In this document: positions 48,908-58,263 of the stretch, one piece after another | Layout: every line of letters begins with the position of its first letter | Numbering within the stretch: the first letter of the stretch is position 1 | Origin: Pseudomonadota bacterium | GTDB lineage: Bacteria; Myxococcota; JACRCW01; JAFGSX01 | DNA: 64,000 nt | Assembly: GCA_043821645.1 (NCBI GenBank) | Contig: JBDRCO010000031.1 | Location: forward strand, 25,322 to 89,321 | Direction: 5' to 3' | Position numbers and translations under genes: made by a program | The notes under the pieces: generated by a model | What the model saw: the letters and a program-made list of their open reading frames with translations, nothing else | Databases searched by the model: none | Told to the model about the DNA's origin: nothing

Positions 48908-49018
48908 GCGCTGCCTTGAACTTTAACGATCTGAATTAACTAAGAAAGTGTGTCTGCGACGGAGGCGCGCAGAATCACAAGAGATATCAGATGCAGGACG
49001 GATACACGATTTGAAGAC

Positions 49019-49984
49019 TCAGTGCCGCTGCCCCTCGATGTCGAAAAGAGCCGAGCACTGGCAGGGCACGCCGAGGTCGTAGTAGGCGCTGGCGGTGCCC
49101 GCGAAGTGGTCGGCACTGTCAAAGGTGCCGTTGATGGTGGCGTTGACCGTCGCCTGGGTGCAGCTGCCGCCGGTCGCGGAGCTGTAGCTTGCGCTGAGCG
49201 AGAAGCTGAGCCCGTTCTGGGTGCCGGTGAAGCTGTGGCCAGATGGAGCGGTGGTCGCAGTGAGATCGGTACCGCTGCTCACCAGGGTGATCGCGCTGTC
49301 GCCGAAGCTCACGCTGTATCGGGCACAGCTGACCGTACTGGGGGTGGCCGTGAGATCGTAGGTGCCGTCGAGCACCTGGGCAGTGACGTCGACGAAGATC
49401 TCGGCCTGGTCGCTGTGACCGACCCCGTCCGCGACCTCCAGCACCGCCCGGAAGCGGCCGGCGCTGGTGTAGGCATGGGTCGCGGTCATGCCCTCGGCGC
49501 TGCTGCCGTCGCCAAAGCGCCAGCTGTAGCGCGCGATGTCCGCCGCCGGTGTGGACAGGCTGCCGTCGAAGCTGACGCTGTCAAACATCTGGGCCGGGTT
49601 GGGGCTGGCCTGGGCCACCGCGCTCAGGGTCACACCTCCGCCCACGGTCACGATGAGCTCGTCGCGGCCCTCGCCACCCCTGTCGTCGACGACGGTGAGC
49701 GACACCACGTAGCGGCCGGCGCTCGTGTAGGCGTGCTGCACGACCTCGCCGTCGAGCACGGTGCCGTCGCCCAGGTTCCAGCTCCAGCCCTCGATGCTAC
49801 CGTCGCTGTCGCGGGAGGCGCGTCCGTCCAGGGTCACGTTCTCGCCGACCTGCACGCTGCGGTCCGCTCCGGCCGTGGCCACCGGCGTCACGTTCTCGAC
49901 ATAGGGCTCGGGAGTTAGACAGGCGCTGGCCCCGAGCATCGCCACGGGCAGGAGCAGGCCTAGCCCCGGGGAGCGTCGGGTCAT
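49019..49984 (-). CDS. Lipoprotein with two PKD domains
   Basis: Lipobox ASAC; WNLGDG...HAY..AG.Y.V.LTV and WRFGDG; ATGA overlap with the upstream paralog. Confidence 0.88.
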   Translation of the reverse strand: MTRRSPGLGLLLPVAMLGASACLTPEPYVENVTPVATAGADRSVQVGENVTLDGRASRDSDGSIEGWSWNLGDGTVLDGEVVQHAYTSAGRYVVSLTVVDDRGGEGRDELIVTVGGGVTLSAVAQASPNPAQMFDSVSFDGSLSTPAADIARYSWRFGDGSSAEGMTATHAYTSAGRFRAVLEVADGVGHSDQAEIFVDVTAQVLDGTYDLTATPSTVSCARYSVSFGDSAITLVSSGTDLTATTAPSGHSFTGTQNGLSFSLSASYSSATGGSCTQATVNATINGTFDSADHFAGTASAYYDLGVPCQCSALFDIEGQRH

Positions 49985-50919
49985 GACTTGATCCCGCGCA
50001 CCTCGCGATCCACGCAGGTGGTGATGCCGGGATCGATGGAGTACCAGCCCGAGAACCCGGTGGCCGAGGTGAAGGTCCCCCAGATGCGCTGGGTGATGGT
50101 CAGCTGGCTGTTGCTGACGTCGAAGTCCGCGCCGCTGATGGTGCCGGTGTAGACCACGCTGTTGCTGCCCGCCTGCTCGGTGATGCTGATGCTTGGCGGC
50201 GTGCTGTTGATGATCAGGGTCGAGTCCTGAAAGGTGCCACACAGAAGTCCCTGATTGCGGGTGCTCTCGTTGACCAGGGTCCAGGTCCAGGTGCCGCTGT
50301 ACGAGGGCGGCAGATCGCTGACCTCGACCTGCAGGCTGTCCTCGTCGCTGCCACCCTGGTCATCGGTGACCGTGAGGGTGACGGTGAAGCTGCCGGCGCT
50401 GGCGAAGGCGTGGTCAAAGCTCGCGCCGCTGCTGGAGCTGCCGTCGCTGGCGTACCAGTCGTGGCTCTGGATGACACCGTCGCTATCGGTGGAGCTGGCG
50501 CCCGTGAAGGACAGCACCTCGTTGACGACTCCCACCGCAGGACCCTCGAGGACCGCCACCGGATCCGCGTTCTGGGTCACGTGCACGAAGGCGCGCGCCG
50601 TGGCCTCGGCGCCGGCGTTGTCGACCACGGTGAGAGACACGGTAAAATCGCCCGCCGCGTTGTAGATGTGGCTGACCACGGCGCCTTGAGCGCTGGCTCC
50701 GTCGCCAAAGTCCCAGCGATAGCTCGCGATGCTGCCGTCGGGGTCCGAGCTGCCGCTGCCATCACAGGCCATGGGCTCGCCGGCCGGAGCCTGGGTCGGG
50801 ATGGCCAGCACGGCGCGCGGTGGCTGGTTCTCCACCTCGACAAAGCCCTCGTCGACGCAGGACAGCATCAGGACGCTGAGCACGGGCACAAGGAGACGCA
50901 GGCGATCACGACCCATCAC
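49981..50919 (-). CDS. Lipoprotein with two PKD domains
   Basis: Lipobox MLSC; SSDPDGSI..Y.WDFGDG; second PKD-like repeat. Confidence 0.88.
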   Translation of the reverse strand: MMGRDRLRLLVPVLSVLMLSCVDEGFVEVENQPPRAVLAIPTQAPAGEPMACDGSGSSDPDGSIASYRWDFGDGASAQGAVVSHIYNAAGDFTVSLTVVDNAGAEATARAFVHVTQNADPVAVLEGPAVGVVNEVLSFTGASSTDSDGVIQSHDWYASDGSSSSGASFDHAFASAGSFTVTLTVTDDQGGSDEDSLQVEVSDLPPSYSGTWTWTLVNESTRNQGLLCGTFQDSTLIINSTPPSISITEQAGSNSVVYTGTISGADFDVSNSQLTITQRIWGTFTSATGFSGWYSIDPGITTCVDREVRGIKS

Positions 50920-51106
50920 ACCACCTCTGGCGCGGGCGCCACGAGGAGCGCGGCGTCACGGATCCGGCAGCATAGGATCCGCAGCCCGTCGCGGCAACGG
51001 ACCTGCGGGGCCTGTGGGCCGAGGCAGTTTTGCCTTTGCAGCGCGCGCCAAAGCTGCTGAAACCGGGCCGGGGAACACTGCCACGCTCGCTCACCTCGAG
51101 GTTCAG

Positions 51107-53632
51107 ATGCGCTGTCCACGCTGTGTCACGACCTTCTTGCTCTGCGGGCTTGCCCTGTTTGCCGGTGCCTGCATCGACGGGGGCGAGTGCCAGGACCAGG
51201 TGGACCTGTGCGACGAGCACCACGCCCAGCGCTGCGCGCCGGACCAGGACGCCCTGCAAACCTGCCTGGTGAACGAGCACGGCTGCATGGTGTGGAGCAT
51301 CACGGCTTTTTGCAGCGATCATGAGCAGTGCAGCGACAGTGCCGGATCGCCCCTGTGCGAGTGTCAGCATGGCTGCGCGGCCCCGGCAGACACCCGCTGC
51401 GAGGGTCCGCGCATCCACATGTGTCTGGTTGACGAGTTCGGCTGCCTGTTCGAAAGCCCGCTCACCAACTGCGCGGCCTCCAACCAGGTGTGTACCGCGG
51501 ATGCAGACGGGGCCCGCTGTGAGGGCAGCTGCACCGACAACTGCAGCGTGCCCGGCGCGCGGCGCTGCGATGCCCGCGTGGTGCAGAGCTGCGTGCAGGA
51601 TGCCGAGGGTTGCCGGACCTGGCAGGCCGAAACCGACTGCAGCACCCTGGCCCAGTTCTGCCACGACGAGGCCGGGTCCGTGAGTTGCCAGGCGGGTTGC
51701 GAGAGCGAGTGCGGCGTGCTCAACAGCACGCGGTGCCAGGGCCTGCAGATCCAGCAGTGCACCCTCACCGGCGGTGGCTGCAAGCTATGGGTCAACGGCC
51801 CGGATTGTGCGCAGAGCCAGCAGGTGTGCGACGACGGCATGCAGCCTGCCAAGTGCGTGGCTGCGTGCAGCGATCAGTGCAGCAGCGAGGGTGCCAAGCG
51901 TTGCCAGGGAACGCTCATCGAGACCTGCGCGCGCACCGGCTACGGCTGCCTGGGCTGGGAGCCGGGCGTGGACTGCGCGAGCACCTCGCAGCAATGCAGC
52001 AGCGCCGGTGGCAGCGTGGCCTGCAGTGACCTCGGGGTCGGATCGCCGCTGTGCTTTGGCTGCACCGCTCATACCCAGTGCGAGGGCTACAGCGGCCAGT
52101 ACGGCGGTGTGTTCTGCCAGCCCCTGCACGAGGGCTCGACCGCCTACTATTGCCTGCAGGACTGCACCAACGACGCGGGTCTGTGCCAGCCTGGCGAGAG
52201 TTGTGATGCCGCGGGCAACTGCATCCCGGTCAATGGTTGTGGCGGCAACGAGTGCTCGCAGGCGAATCCGACGGGCACCTGCCCGGCTGGCCTCGAATGT
52301 CAGGGTGGGACCTGCGTGCGTGTCGGTGGTGGCACCGGGCCCATAGGGAGCGCCTGTGCCCAGGGCAGCGACTGCAGCGACGCCGGGGCGCAGTGCTATC
52401 CCTTTGTCAGCAACGGCCAGGAAACGGGCTTCGTCGACGGCTATTGCATCCAGTTCGGGTGCGACAGCGCGGCCTGTCCCGGTGGTTCAAGCTGTGTGCA
52501 GGTGGGTGACACCAGCTACGCCTGTCTTGACAGCTGTCTCTCCGGTGCCGACTGCCGGCCGGGATACGACTGCCTGCGCGCCGGTGACGGCGTGGCCGTG
52601 TGCTATCCCTACTGCGAGACCAGCAGTGATTGCGGCCAGGGCCTTGCCTGCGTCGACAACACCTGCGTCTCGGCGTGCACCGCCAGCTCCTGTCCATCGG
52701 GCAATCTGTGTGTCGACGGCCGCTGCGTGGTCGACGTGGGGCAGGGACCTGGCACCAACACGCGTTTCCCCCTCGGCACCCTGGGTAGCACCTGCCCGCA
52801 GCTGCCACCCTTGCAGTGCACGGCCGGCGCGGCCGCCTGCAACGCCATCGAGTTCTTCGCGCCTGTCCTCGGACCGGGCTACGACAACTACCCGCTCAAC
52901 GGCGAGACTGCGAGCAACCAGTATCGCAGCTACCTGCGCCACGACGCGCAGATGATGATCAAGTACGCCGCTGCCTACGTGGACTGCCTGGCGCGCGACT
53001 GGAGCGCAGGCAACGGCGGGGCCATCGGCCTGGGCGACATGAGCGAGCAGAACGGCGCCATCCCGGGCACCTCGGTGAACAGTCCCGGTCACCCGACGGG
53101 CACCCACACCAATGGCTTCGATATCGACATGGGCTACTTTCAGGTCAACACCGCGGACAACAAGCTGCGCGCTGTGTGCGACCACGTGCAGAACGGTCAG
53201 GACGCGTACCACTGTGTGAGCGCGCCCTACCTGCTCGACCCCTGGCGCACGGCCCTGTACATCGGCGCGCTGTTCGAGCACCCGTCGCTGCGCATCATCG
53301 GTGTCGACGGCAAGGTCGGGCCACTGGTGCGCTCGGCCATCACCCAGCTGTGCACCGGCGGCTGGCTGTCCAACTACGCCTGCTCGCGCACGGCGCGCAT
53401 GACCTACGAGGAGACCGACGAGGGGCGCGGCTGGTTTCAGTTCCACCACCACCACTTTCACGTCAGCTTCGCCCAGCCCAGCTACAACCTGGCTGGCAAG
53501 ATCGACGACTGCCTGGTGCCGGGCTGCGACGAGGCCGCCCTGCACGAGTGGCTGGGCCGGCAGGGTGTGGGCAAGGTGGCCCTGCGAGCCAGCGCGCTCG
53601 AGCGCGAGTTGCTGCAGTGCCTGCCACAGTGA
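51107..53632 (+). CDS. Cys-rich repeat lipoprotein with C-terminal MepA-like (LAS-type) zinc peptidase domain
   Basis: Lipobox AGAC; five ~50-aa Cys repeats (RCxG..I..C.....GC..W....C); GDMS...HTNGFDID...HHHHFHV. Confidence 0.8.
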   Translation: MRCPRCVTTFLLCGLALFAGACIDGGECQDQVDLCDEHHAQRCAPDQDALQTCLVNEHGCMVWSITAFCSDHEQCSDSAGSPLCECQHGCAAPADTRCEGPRIHMCLVDEFGCLFESPLTNCAASNQVCTADADGARCEGSCTDNCSVPGARRCDARVVQSCVQDAEGCRTWQAETDCSTLAQFCHDEAGSVSCQAGCESECGVLNSTRCQGLQIQQCTLTGGGCKLWVNGPDCAQSQQVCDDGMQPAKCVAACSDQCSSEGAKRCQGTLIETCARTGYGCLGWEPGVDCASTSQQCSSAGGSVACSDLGVGSPLCFGCTAHTQCEGYSGQYGGVFCQPLHEGSTAYYCLQDCTNDAGLCQPGESCDAAGNCIPVNGCGGNECSQANPTGTCPAGLECQGGTCVRVGGGTGPIGSACAQGSDCSDAGAQCYPFVSNGQETGFVDGYCIQFGCDSAACPGGSSCVQVGDTSYACLDSCLSGADCRPGYDCLRAGDGVAVCYPYCETSSDCGQGLACVDNTCVSACTASSCPSGNLCVDGRCVVDVGQGPGTNTRFPLGTLGSTCPQLPPLQCTAGAAACNAIEFFAPVLGPGYDNYPLNGETASNQYRSYLRHDAQMMIKYAAAYVDCLARDWSAGNGGAIGLGDMSEQNGAIPGTSVNSPGHPTGTHTNGFDIDMGYFQVNTADNKLRAVCDHVQNGQDAYHCVSAPYLLDPWRTALYIGALFEHPSLRIIGVDGKVGPLVRSAITQLCTGGWLSNYACSRTARMTYEETDEGRGWFQFHHHHFHVSFAQPSYNLAGKIDDCLVPGCDEAALHEWLGRQGVGKVALRASALERELLQCLPQ

Positions 53633-53639
53633 ATCCGGA

Positions 53640-53664
53640 GGCGGCCGGGTCACGCCGCCGTTTT
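53640..53664 (+). terminator. Possible intrinsic terminator
   Basis: GGCGGC-N8-GCCGCC-GTTTT just after the stop at 53632. Confidence 0.4.
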
Positions 53665-53687
53665 CGTATCGCGCCGAGGAGGATGAG

Positions 53688-53873
53688 ATGCCCAAGAGGT
53701 ACAGCCTGCTGACCCGCGCCATGGCCGCCCGCTGCGAGCACTGCCCGCTGTGTCGCTTCGCTCGCTCCCGCCCCGACAATCCGGTGAGCAAGGCCGTGGC
53801 CTTTCACGGCAAGTTCTGCCTGTTCTGGCGGGCCCGGGAGAAGGTCTACGGGCAGACCGCTGCCCAGGTGTGA
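53688..53873 (+). CDS. Small Cys-containing protein (61 aa)
   Basis: GAGGAGG RBS and ATG; CEHCPLC...FC motif. Confidence 0.65.
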   Translation: MPKRYSLLTRAMAARCEHCPLCRFARSRPDNPVSKAVAFHGKFCLFWRAREKVYGQTAAQV

Positions 53874-54050
53874 GGCTCTCTCCGCGCGTTCCTGACACCT
53901 TCTCCCCCGTCTCCGCGTTCCCGGGCAGTCCCTGCCGGGTCTGACCTTGGAGTCGGAAGATCCCGACATCCGACATCTTTCCGACGGTCGACCGACCGAG
54001 GTTCGCGGCCGTCGCGGTGGGCGATACTCCTGCTTGAACAGGAGGCTCCC

Positions 54051-55403
54051 ATGCAGGCTGTGGTTCATCGTGTGCTGCCGCGACAGGCCGACGCTGTCCA
54101 TCGGGATCTGCGCCGCGTTCAGCGCTCTGTCAGCGGCAGCGAGAAGCTGGCGCGTGGGGACAGGGGAGCTGCGGTCGAGGCCCTGCAGCGCTCGCTGCGC
54201 CGCGCAGGCGTGTACTCGGGTGACATCACGGGTTCCTTTGACGGCGCCACGCAGCAGGCTGTGCAGAGCTTTCAGCAGGCTCGTGGCCTGCATGCCACGG
54301 GGCGGGTCAATCCGGCCACGGCGAGCGCTCTCAAGGACAACACGCTGTTCCTCGAGGACAGGTTCGAGCAGCCTGCCCACCGCGGACAGGCCGGCGCCGA
54401 CGTGCTGGCCGCCGAGCGTCGACTCACGGCGCTGGGGTACAACACGGGCAAGGTCGACGGCGTGTTCGATGCCAGGACCGCCCGCGCCGTGCGCGAGTTC
54501 CGCGCCAGCGATGCCGGGCTGGCCAACGACAAGGGAGCGCTGGACCGCGAGGTGTGGCAGCACCTGCAGCAGGCCTACCAGGGCCAGGTGGTGCAGGGCG
54601 GCGCGCGCAAGGACCTGTCGCCGGGCGACACCGGCAAGGCCGTGCGCCAGGCCGAGCGCCGGCTGGATCGCCTGGGCTTTGACGTCGGCAAACCTGACAG
54701 CCGCTACGACGCCGCCACCGCCGCGGCCGTGGCCAGGTTCCAGCGCACGGCCAAGCTGGACGTCACCGGCCGCATCGAGCACAAGACCGCCCGGGCCATC
54801 GACAAGGCCGACCACAGCTTCGGGACCTTCGACACCGTGCCGCAGGCCAACAAGCACTTCCTGACCCAGTGGGGACCGACCAGGTACAACAAGACCGGTC
54901 CCAGGTACGGCTACAAGGACTGCGCGCCCACCTCGGCGGTGATGGCCGCCTCGGCCCTGGGCCTGATCAAGCACCCGGGCCCCGGCGAGGCCTCCAGGGC
55001 CATCGACCACATGCGCGATCTCACCCGCGGCCACAACACCAACACCTCGGATTCGACCTCGCGCGAGGAGCTGATGCGCGGGCTGCGCGCCACCGGTGCC
55101 GCGGTGCGCGACATCCACGGCTTCGACGCCCTCAACAGGGCCCTCGCCAAGGGCCACCCCGTGCTCGCCAGTGGCGATCCCTGGGATGCCTGGGGCAGAC
55201 GCCTGCGCAATGAAGGGAAGTACCTGAACAGCCGCGACCCCGGCAACCACTCCATCGCCATCCTCGGGCGCACCGACGATGGCCGCTACCTCGTGGCCGA
55301 CCCGCTGAGCCGCAGCGGCTCGATCGCGGTCAAGCGCGAGGCCCTGGCCGAGTTTCTCAAGGATGGCTCCGGGAACCTGTACGAGGTGTCGCGGGCCAAG
55401 TAG
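54051..55403 (+). CDS. Peptidoglycan-binding (3 repeats) plus C39-like cysteine peptidase
   Basis: AGGAGG RBS; three L..G..G..V...L...G...G.FD..T..AV..F repeats; Q...DCAPTS...HSIAILG...ADP. Confidence 0.85.
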   Translation: MQAVVHRVLPRQADAVHRDLRRVQRSVSGSEKLARGDRGAAVEALQRSLRRAGVYSGDITGSFDGATQQAVQSFQQARGLHATGRVNPATASALKDNTLFLEDRFEQPAHRGQAGADVLAAERRLTALGYNTGKVDGVFDARTARAVREFRASDAGLANDKGALDREVWQHLQQAYQGQVVQGGARKDLSPGDTGKAVRQAERRLDRLGFDVGKPDSRYDAATAAAVARFQRTAKLDVTGRIEHKTARAIDKADHSFGTFDTVPQANKHFLTQWGPTRYNKTGPRYGYKDCAPTSAVMAASALGLIKHPGPGEASRAIDHMRDLTRGHNTNTSDSTSREELMRGLRATGAAVRDIHGFDALNRALAKGHPVLASGDPWDAWGRRLRNEGKYLNSRDPGNHSIAILGRTDDGRYLVADPLSRSGSIAVKREALAEFLKDGSGNLYEVSRAK

Positions 55404-55433
55404 TCCCTGTTCCTCAGCCTACGTGCCCGGCTC
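55275..55433 (+). repeat. Imperfect direct repeat, copy 1 (3' end of the C39-like gene)
   Basis: Aligns with 56221-56378, e.g. CCCTGGCCGAGTTTCTCAAGGA and AACCTGTACGAGGTGTCGCG-GCCAAGTAGTCCCTG. Confidence 0.9.
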
Positions 55434-55480
55434 CTCTCCGAGCTCGCCATCCCCGACGATGAGACCTCGTCCGGTATCCG

Positions 55481-56122
55481 CTACAGCTTCACGAGATCCA
55501 GGTAGATACCGACGTAGAAGCAGGCGCTGCCGGCGAGCACGAACAGGTGCCACAGGGTGTGGTTGAAGGGGATGGACCGCACCAGAAAGAAGATCGTGCC
55601 CAAGCTGTAGGCCACCCCACCGGCCACGGCCCAGGCGATGAGCCGGTCTGGCAGCAGCGGCAAGAAGGGCTTGTAGGCGAGCAGGATCATCCAGCCCATC
55701 ATCAGATAGAACCCGACGTGCAGGATCTCGAAGCGGCCCCAGAACAGGAACTTGAGCCCCACGCCCAGCACCGCGATGGTCCAGATCGCTGCGAACAGCC
55801 CCCAGCCCCAGGGCCCGCCCACGCCCAGGCAGATGGGCGTGTAGGTGCCCGCGATGAGCAGGTAGATGGAGACGTGGTCGAACACCAGGAGGCGGTGCTT
55901 GCGCCGGGGCTCGGTGGCGGCGTGGTACAGCGTCGAGGCACTGAACAGGACGATCAGCGACAGGCCGTACAGTGCCGCGCTGACGACGTCGATGGATGTC
56001 CCCTGACGGGCAGCCTTGACCACCAGGGCCAGGGCACCTGCGATGCTCAGCACGGCCCCCAGACCATGCGTGAGCGTGGCGATCTTCTCGTCGGTGCTGA
56101 GGCTTGGGTCGAGACCACGCAT
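55481..56122 (-). CDS. PAQR/hemolysin III (TrhA-like) membrane protein
   Basis: E.IA.LTH, STLYH, DHVSIYLLIAGTYTP, HTLWHLFVL; about 7 TM helices. Confidence 0.92.
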   Translation of the reverse strand: MRGLDPSLSTDEKIATLTHGLGAVLSIAGALALVVKAARQGTSIDVVSAALYGLSLIVLFSASTLYHAATEPRRKHRLLVFDHVSIYLLIAGTYTPICLGVGGPWGWGLFAAIWTIAVLGVGLKFLFWGRFEILHVGFYLMMGWMILLAYKPFLPLLPDRLIAWAVAGGVAYSLGTIFFLVRSIPFNHTLWHLFVLAGSACFYVGIYLDLVKL

Positions 56123-56220
56123 GTTGACCTCGGCGTCCATGGCTCGGGCCTGACGAGCCAGTGAAGCAGGGTCCCTCGCGTCCGCGAGGAAGTCCAAACC
56201 CGTTTTTTTCTGGGCTGGCC

Positions 56221-56378
56221 GGCGAAGGTCGCCACCTGTTGGTCGACCCGCTGGCCCGCAGTGGCTCCATCGCGTCAGACGAGAGACCCTGGCCGAGTTT
56301 CTCAAGGACGGCTCCGGAAACCTGTACGAGGTGTCGCGAGCCAAGTAGTCCCTGCGGATGCCCGTGCGTGCCCGGCTC
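56221..56378 (+). repeat. Imperfect direct repeat, copy 2 (orphan 3' fragment of the C39-like gene)
   Basis: Same peptide (DPL.RSGSIA...LAEFLKDGSGNLYEVSRAK*) with many synonymous changes and a 1-nt deletion near 56274. Confidence 0.9.
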
Positions 56379-56559
56379 TTCACCTGACTTCGGTAACACC
56401 GATTAGTCGCCTCGGAGATATCGGTGTTCTGACACCTTTCTCTCCAGCCACGCTTGCCCTCCCGCCGGGACATAGGCGCTGATCGGTTGTAGGCTCGAGC
56501 CGTGCACAAAATATCACTCAACTGGTGGGGGGAAGGTCAAGACACGAGTCCCATTCGTC

Positions 56560-58263
56560 TTGCTCATCGCAGTTCTGCCCCTTCGCGGCATGGAGATCCT
56601 TGGCTGCATGGGCGAAAACGGTGATGACGCCGGCGTGGAGCAGAAGAGAGATGCAGGTGGCGGTACGGACGCGGCCACCGGCAGCGACGCTGCGACCGGC
56701 ACGGACTCGGCAACCAGCGCCGACGCTGCGACTGGCACGGACACAGCGACCGGAGTGGACTCGTCACCTGGCACCGACGCCGCGGCCGGACGGGACTCAG
56801 CGTCTGGCAGCGATTCCGCAACGGCAACCGACGCCGCGGTTGCGGACTCCTCGCTCCCGGATACCACAGTAGCGGACGCGGCCCCCGCGACCGATCCGCC
56901 GCCGGGCACCTGGACCACGCAGGCCATCAGCCCCTACACCGCGATCTTCGCGGAGAGCGTCGGCCAGATGCCGCGGGTGGCGATCAACGCCAGCGGCGAT
57001 GCCCTGGTCACCTGGTCGCAGAACGAGCACCCCTTCTTCGCCGAGCGCATCGGTGGCGTTTGGTCCTTCCTCTCGGACGTGCACCACCACATCCCCGTCG
57101 CTGGCGAGAGCGGCACCGTGTTGCCTGGTCTCGCCGACAACGGCGACGCCGCCATTTCCTGGGCGATCAACTCCCCAGCAGCCATGATCATGCACAGCAC
57201 AAAGGCGAGCGGAACCTGGAGCCACCCGACCCAGAACTCGGATCGCTACGACTACGCCGGCGGGATCGCGAACTGGCCGAGTATGCAATTGGCGGGAGAC
57301 GGCACCGGTCTGCTGATCTGGAAATACTTTTACAACGGAATGGTGGCCGCGACCGCGAGCGCAGGTGCCTGGGCGCAACCCGGCGTTCCGGAGGCGAACT
57401 ATCTGATCAACGTTGGCGGCAGCTTCACCGGGGGCTCCTCGGCCGGTAAATCGGGTGTCGGGGTCGGCAACGGTGGCAACATGGTGGCCGCCTGGATCCA
57501 TACCGACGGCGCAGGCTACGTGGTCCACATGGCCCATCGCATCGGCAGCTGGTCCCTGGGCACCCGGATCAGCCCGCCGCCTGGCGTGACCGTTGGGGGT
57601 ATGGAGTCACCGAAGGTGGCCGTGGGCAACAACGGAGATGCGCTGGTCACCTGGTTCCAGCAGACGGACTACCCCGGCTGCGGGGGCTGCGGCGCGCTCT
57701 ATCTGTCCGAGTACACCGGCAGCGTCTGGACCCACCCCGCCGACAGCGGCGACATCTTCAGCCTGACCGACACCACCGTCAAGGCATTCGCGGACGGCGG
57801 CTTCGTCGGCATTGCCGACAACGGCGGTGCGGTCGTGATCTGGCGGCAGTTCGCCTTGAACTATACAGACGCGCAGATCTACGTCGCCGAGAGGACCGCC
57901 GGGGTCTGGCACAAGCCTGGCCCGGACGAGTACATTCACTTGCCCGGCGGCGCCAATGGGACCGAGAGCTTTCACGCGACCATGGGTCGCAATGGCGATG
58001 TGCTCATCGTCCGCACAGGTAGAAATGCGACCCAGACCAGGACGCAGACCTACGCGATCCAGCGCATCAACGGCGAGTGGTACATCCCGCTGAGCCCACT
58101 GGAGCTTCTCGACCTGGGCAGTGGCGGCAACACCCCCTTCACCGCGATCGCTGCCAACGGTCAGGCCATCATCGCCACCAGCGCCTACGATCCCGTCGCC
58201 GCCCAGACCCGCATCTGGATCGCCGAGTATCAGCCTGACGAGGGCCTGTCTTCAGAGTCCTGA
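56560..58263 (+). CDS. Probable lipoprotein with hexapeptide-repeat linker and beta-propeller-like repeats; start uncertain
   Basis: ILGC lipobox-like; repeated P.VA...GDA.V.W.Q units; lies immediately upstream of RHS protein 2. Confidence 0.8.
   Translation: MLIAVLPLRGMEILGCMGENGDDAGVEQKRDAGGGTDAATGSDAATGTDSATSADAATGTDTATGVDSSPGTDAAAGRDSASGSDSATATDAAVADSSLPDTTVADAAPATDPPPGTWTTQAISPYTAIFAESVGQMPRVAINASGDALVTWSQNEHPFFAERIGGVWSFLSDVHHHIPVAGESGTVLPGLADNGDAAISWAINSPAAMIMHSTKASGTWSHPTQNSDRYDYAGGIANWPSMQLAGDGTGLLIWKYFYNGMVAATASAGAWAQPGVPEANYLINVGGSFTGGSSAGKSGVGVGNGGNMVAAWIHTDGAGYVVHMAHRIGSWSLGTRISPPPGVTVGGMESPKVAVGNNGDALVTWFQQTDYPGCGGCGALYLSEYTGSVWTHPADSGDIFSLTDTTVKAFADGGFVGIADNGGAVVIWRQFALNYTDAQIYVAERTAGVWHKPGPDEYIHLPGGANGTESFHATMGRNGDVLIVRTGRNATQTRTQTYAIQRINGEWYIPLSPLELLDLGSGGNTPFTAIAANGQAIIATSAYDPVAAQTRIWIAEYQPDEGLSSES
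56662..56841 (+). repeat. Ten degenerate 18-bp coding tandem repeats (GTDAAT-like)
   Basis: GTDAAT GSDAAT GTDSAT SADAAT GTDTAT GVDSSP GTDAAA GRDSAS GSDSAT ATDAAV. Confidence 0.85.

Noticed and set aside
55481-56122. Hemolysin toxin
   Set aside because: The HlyIII/PAQR family is a widespread membrane-homeostasis family; the name is not evidence of toxicity.
55275-56378. Diversity-generating retroelement TR/VR pair
   Set aside because: Mismatches are largely synonymous and not adenine-specific, and there is no reverse transcriptase in the window.
56662-56841. CRISPR-like array
   Set aside because: Degenerate in-frame 18-bp coding repeats without spacers; no cas genes.
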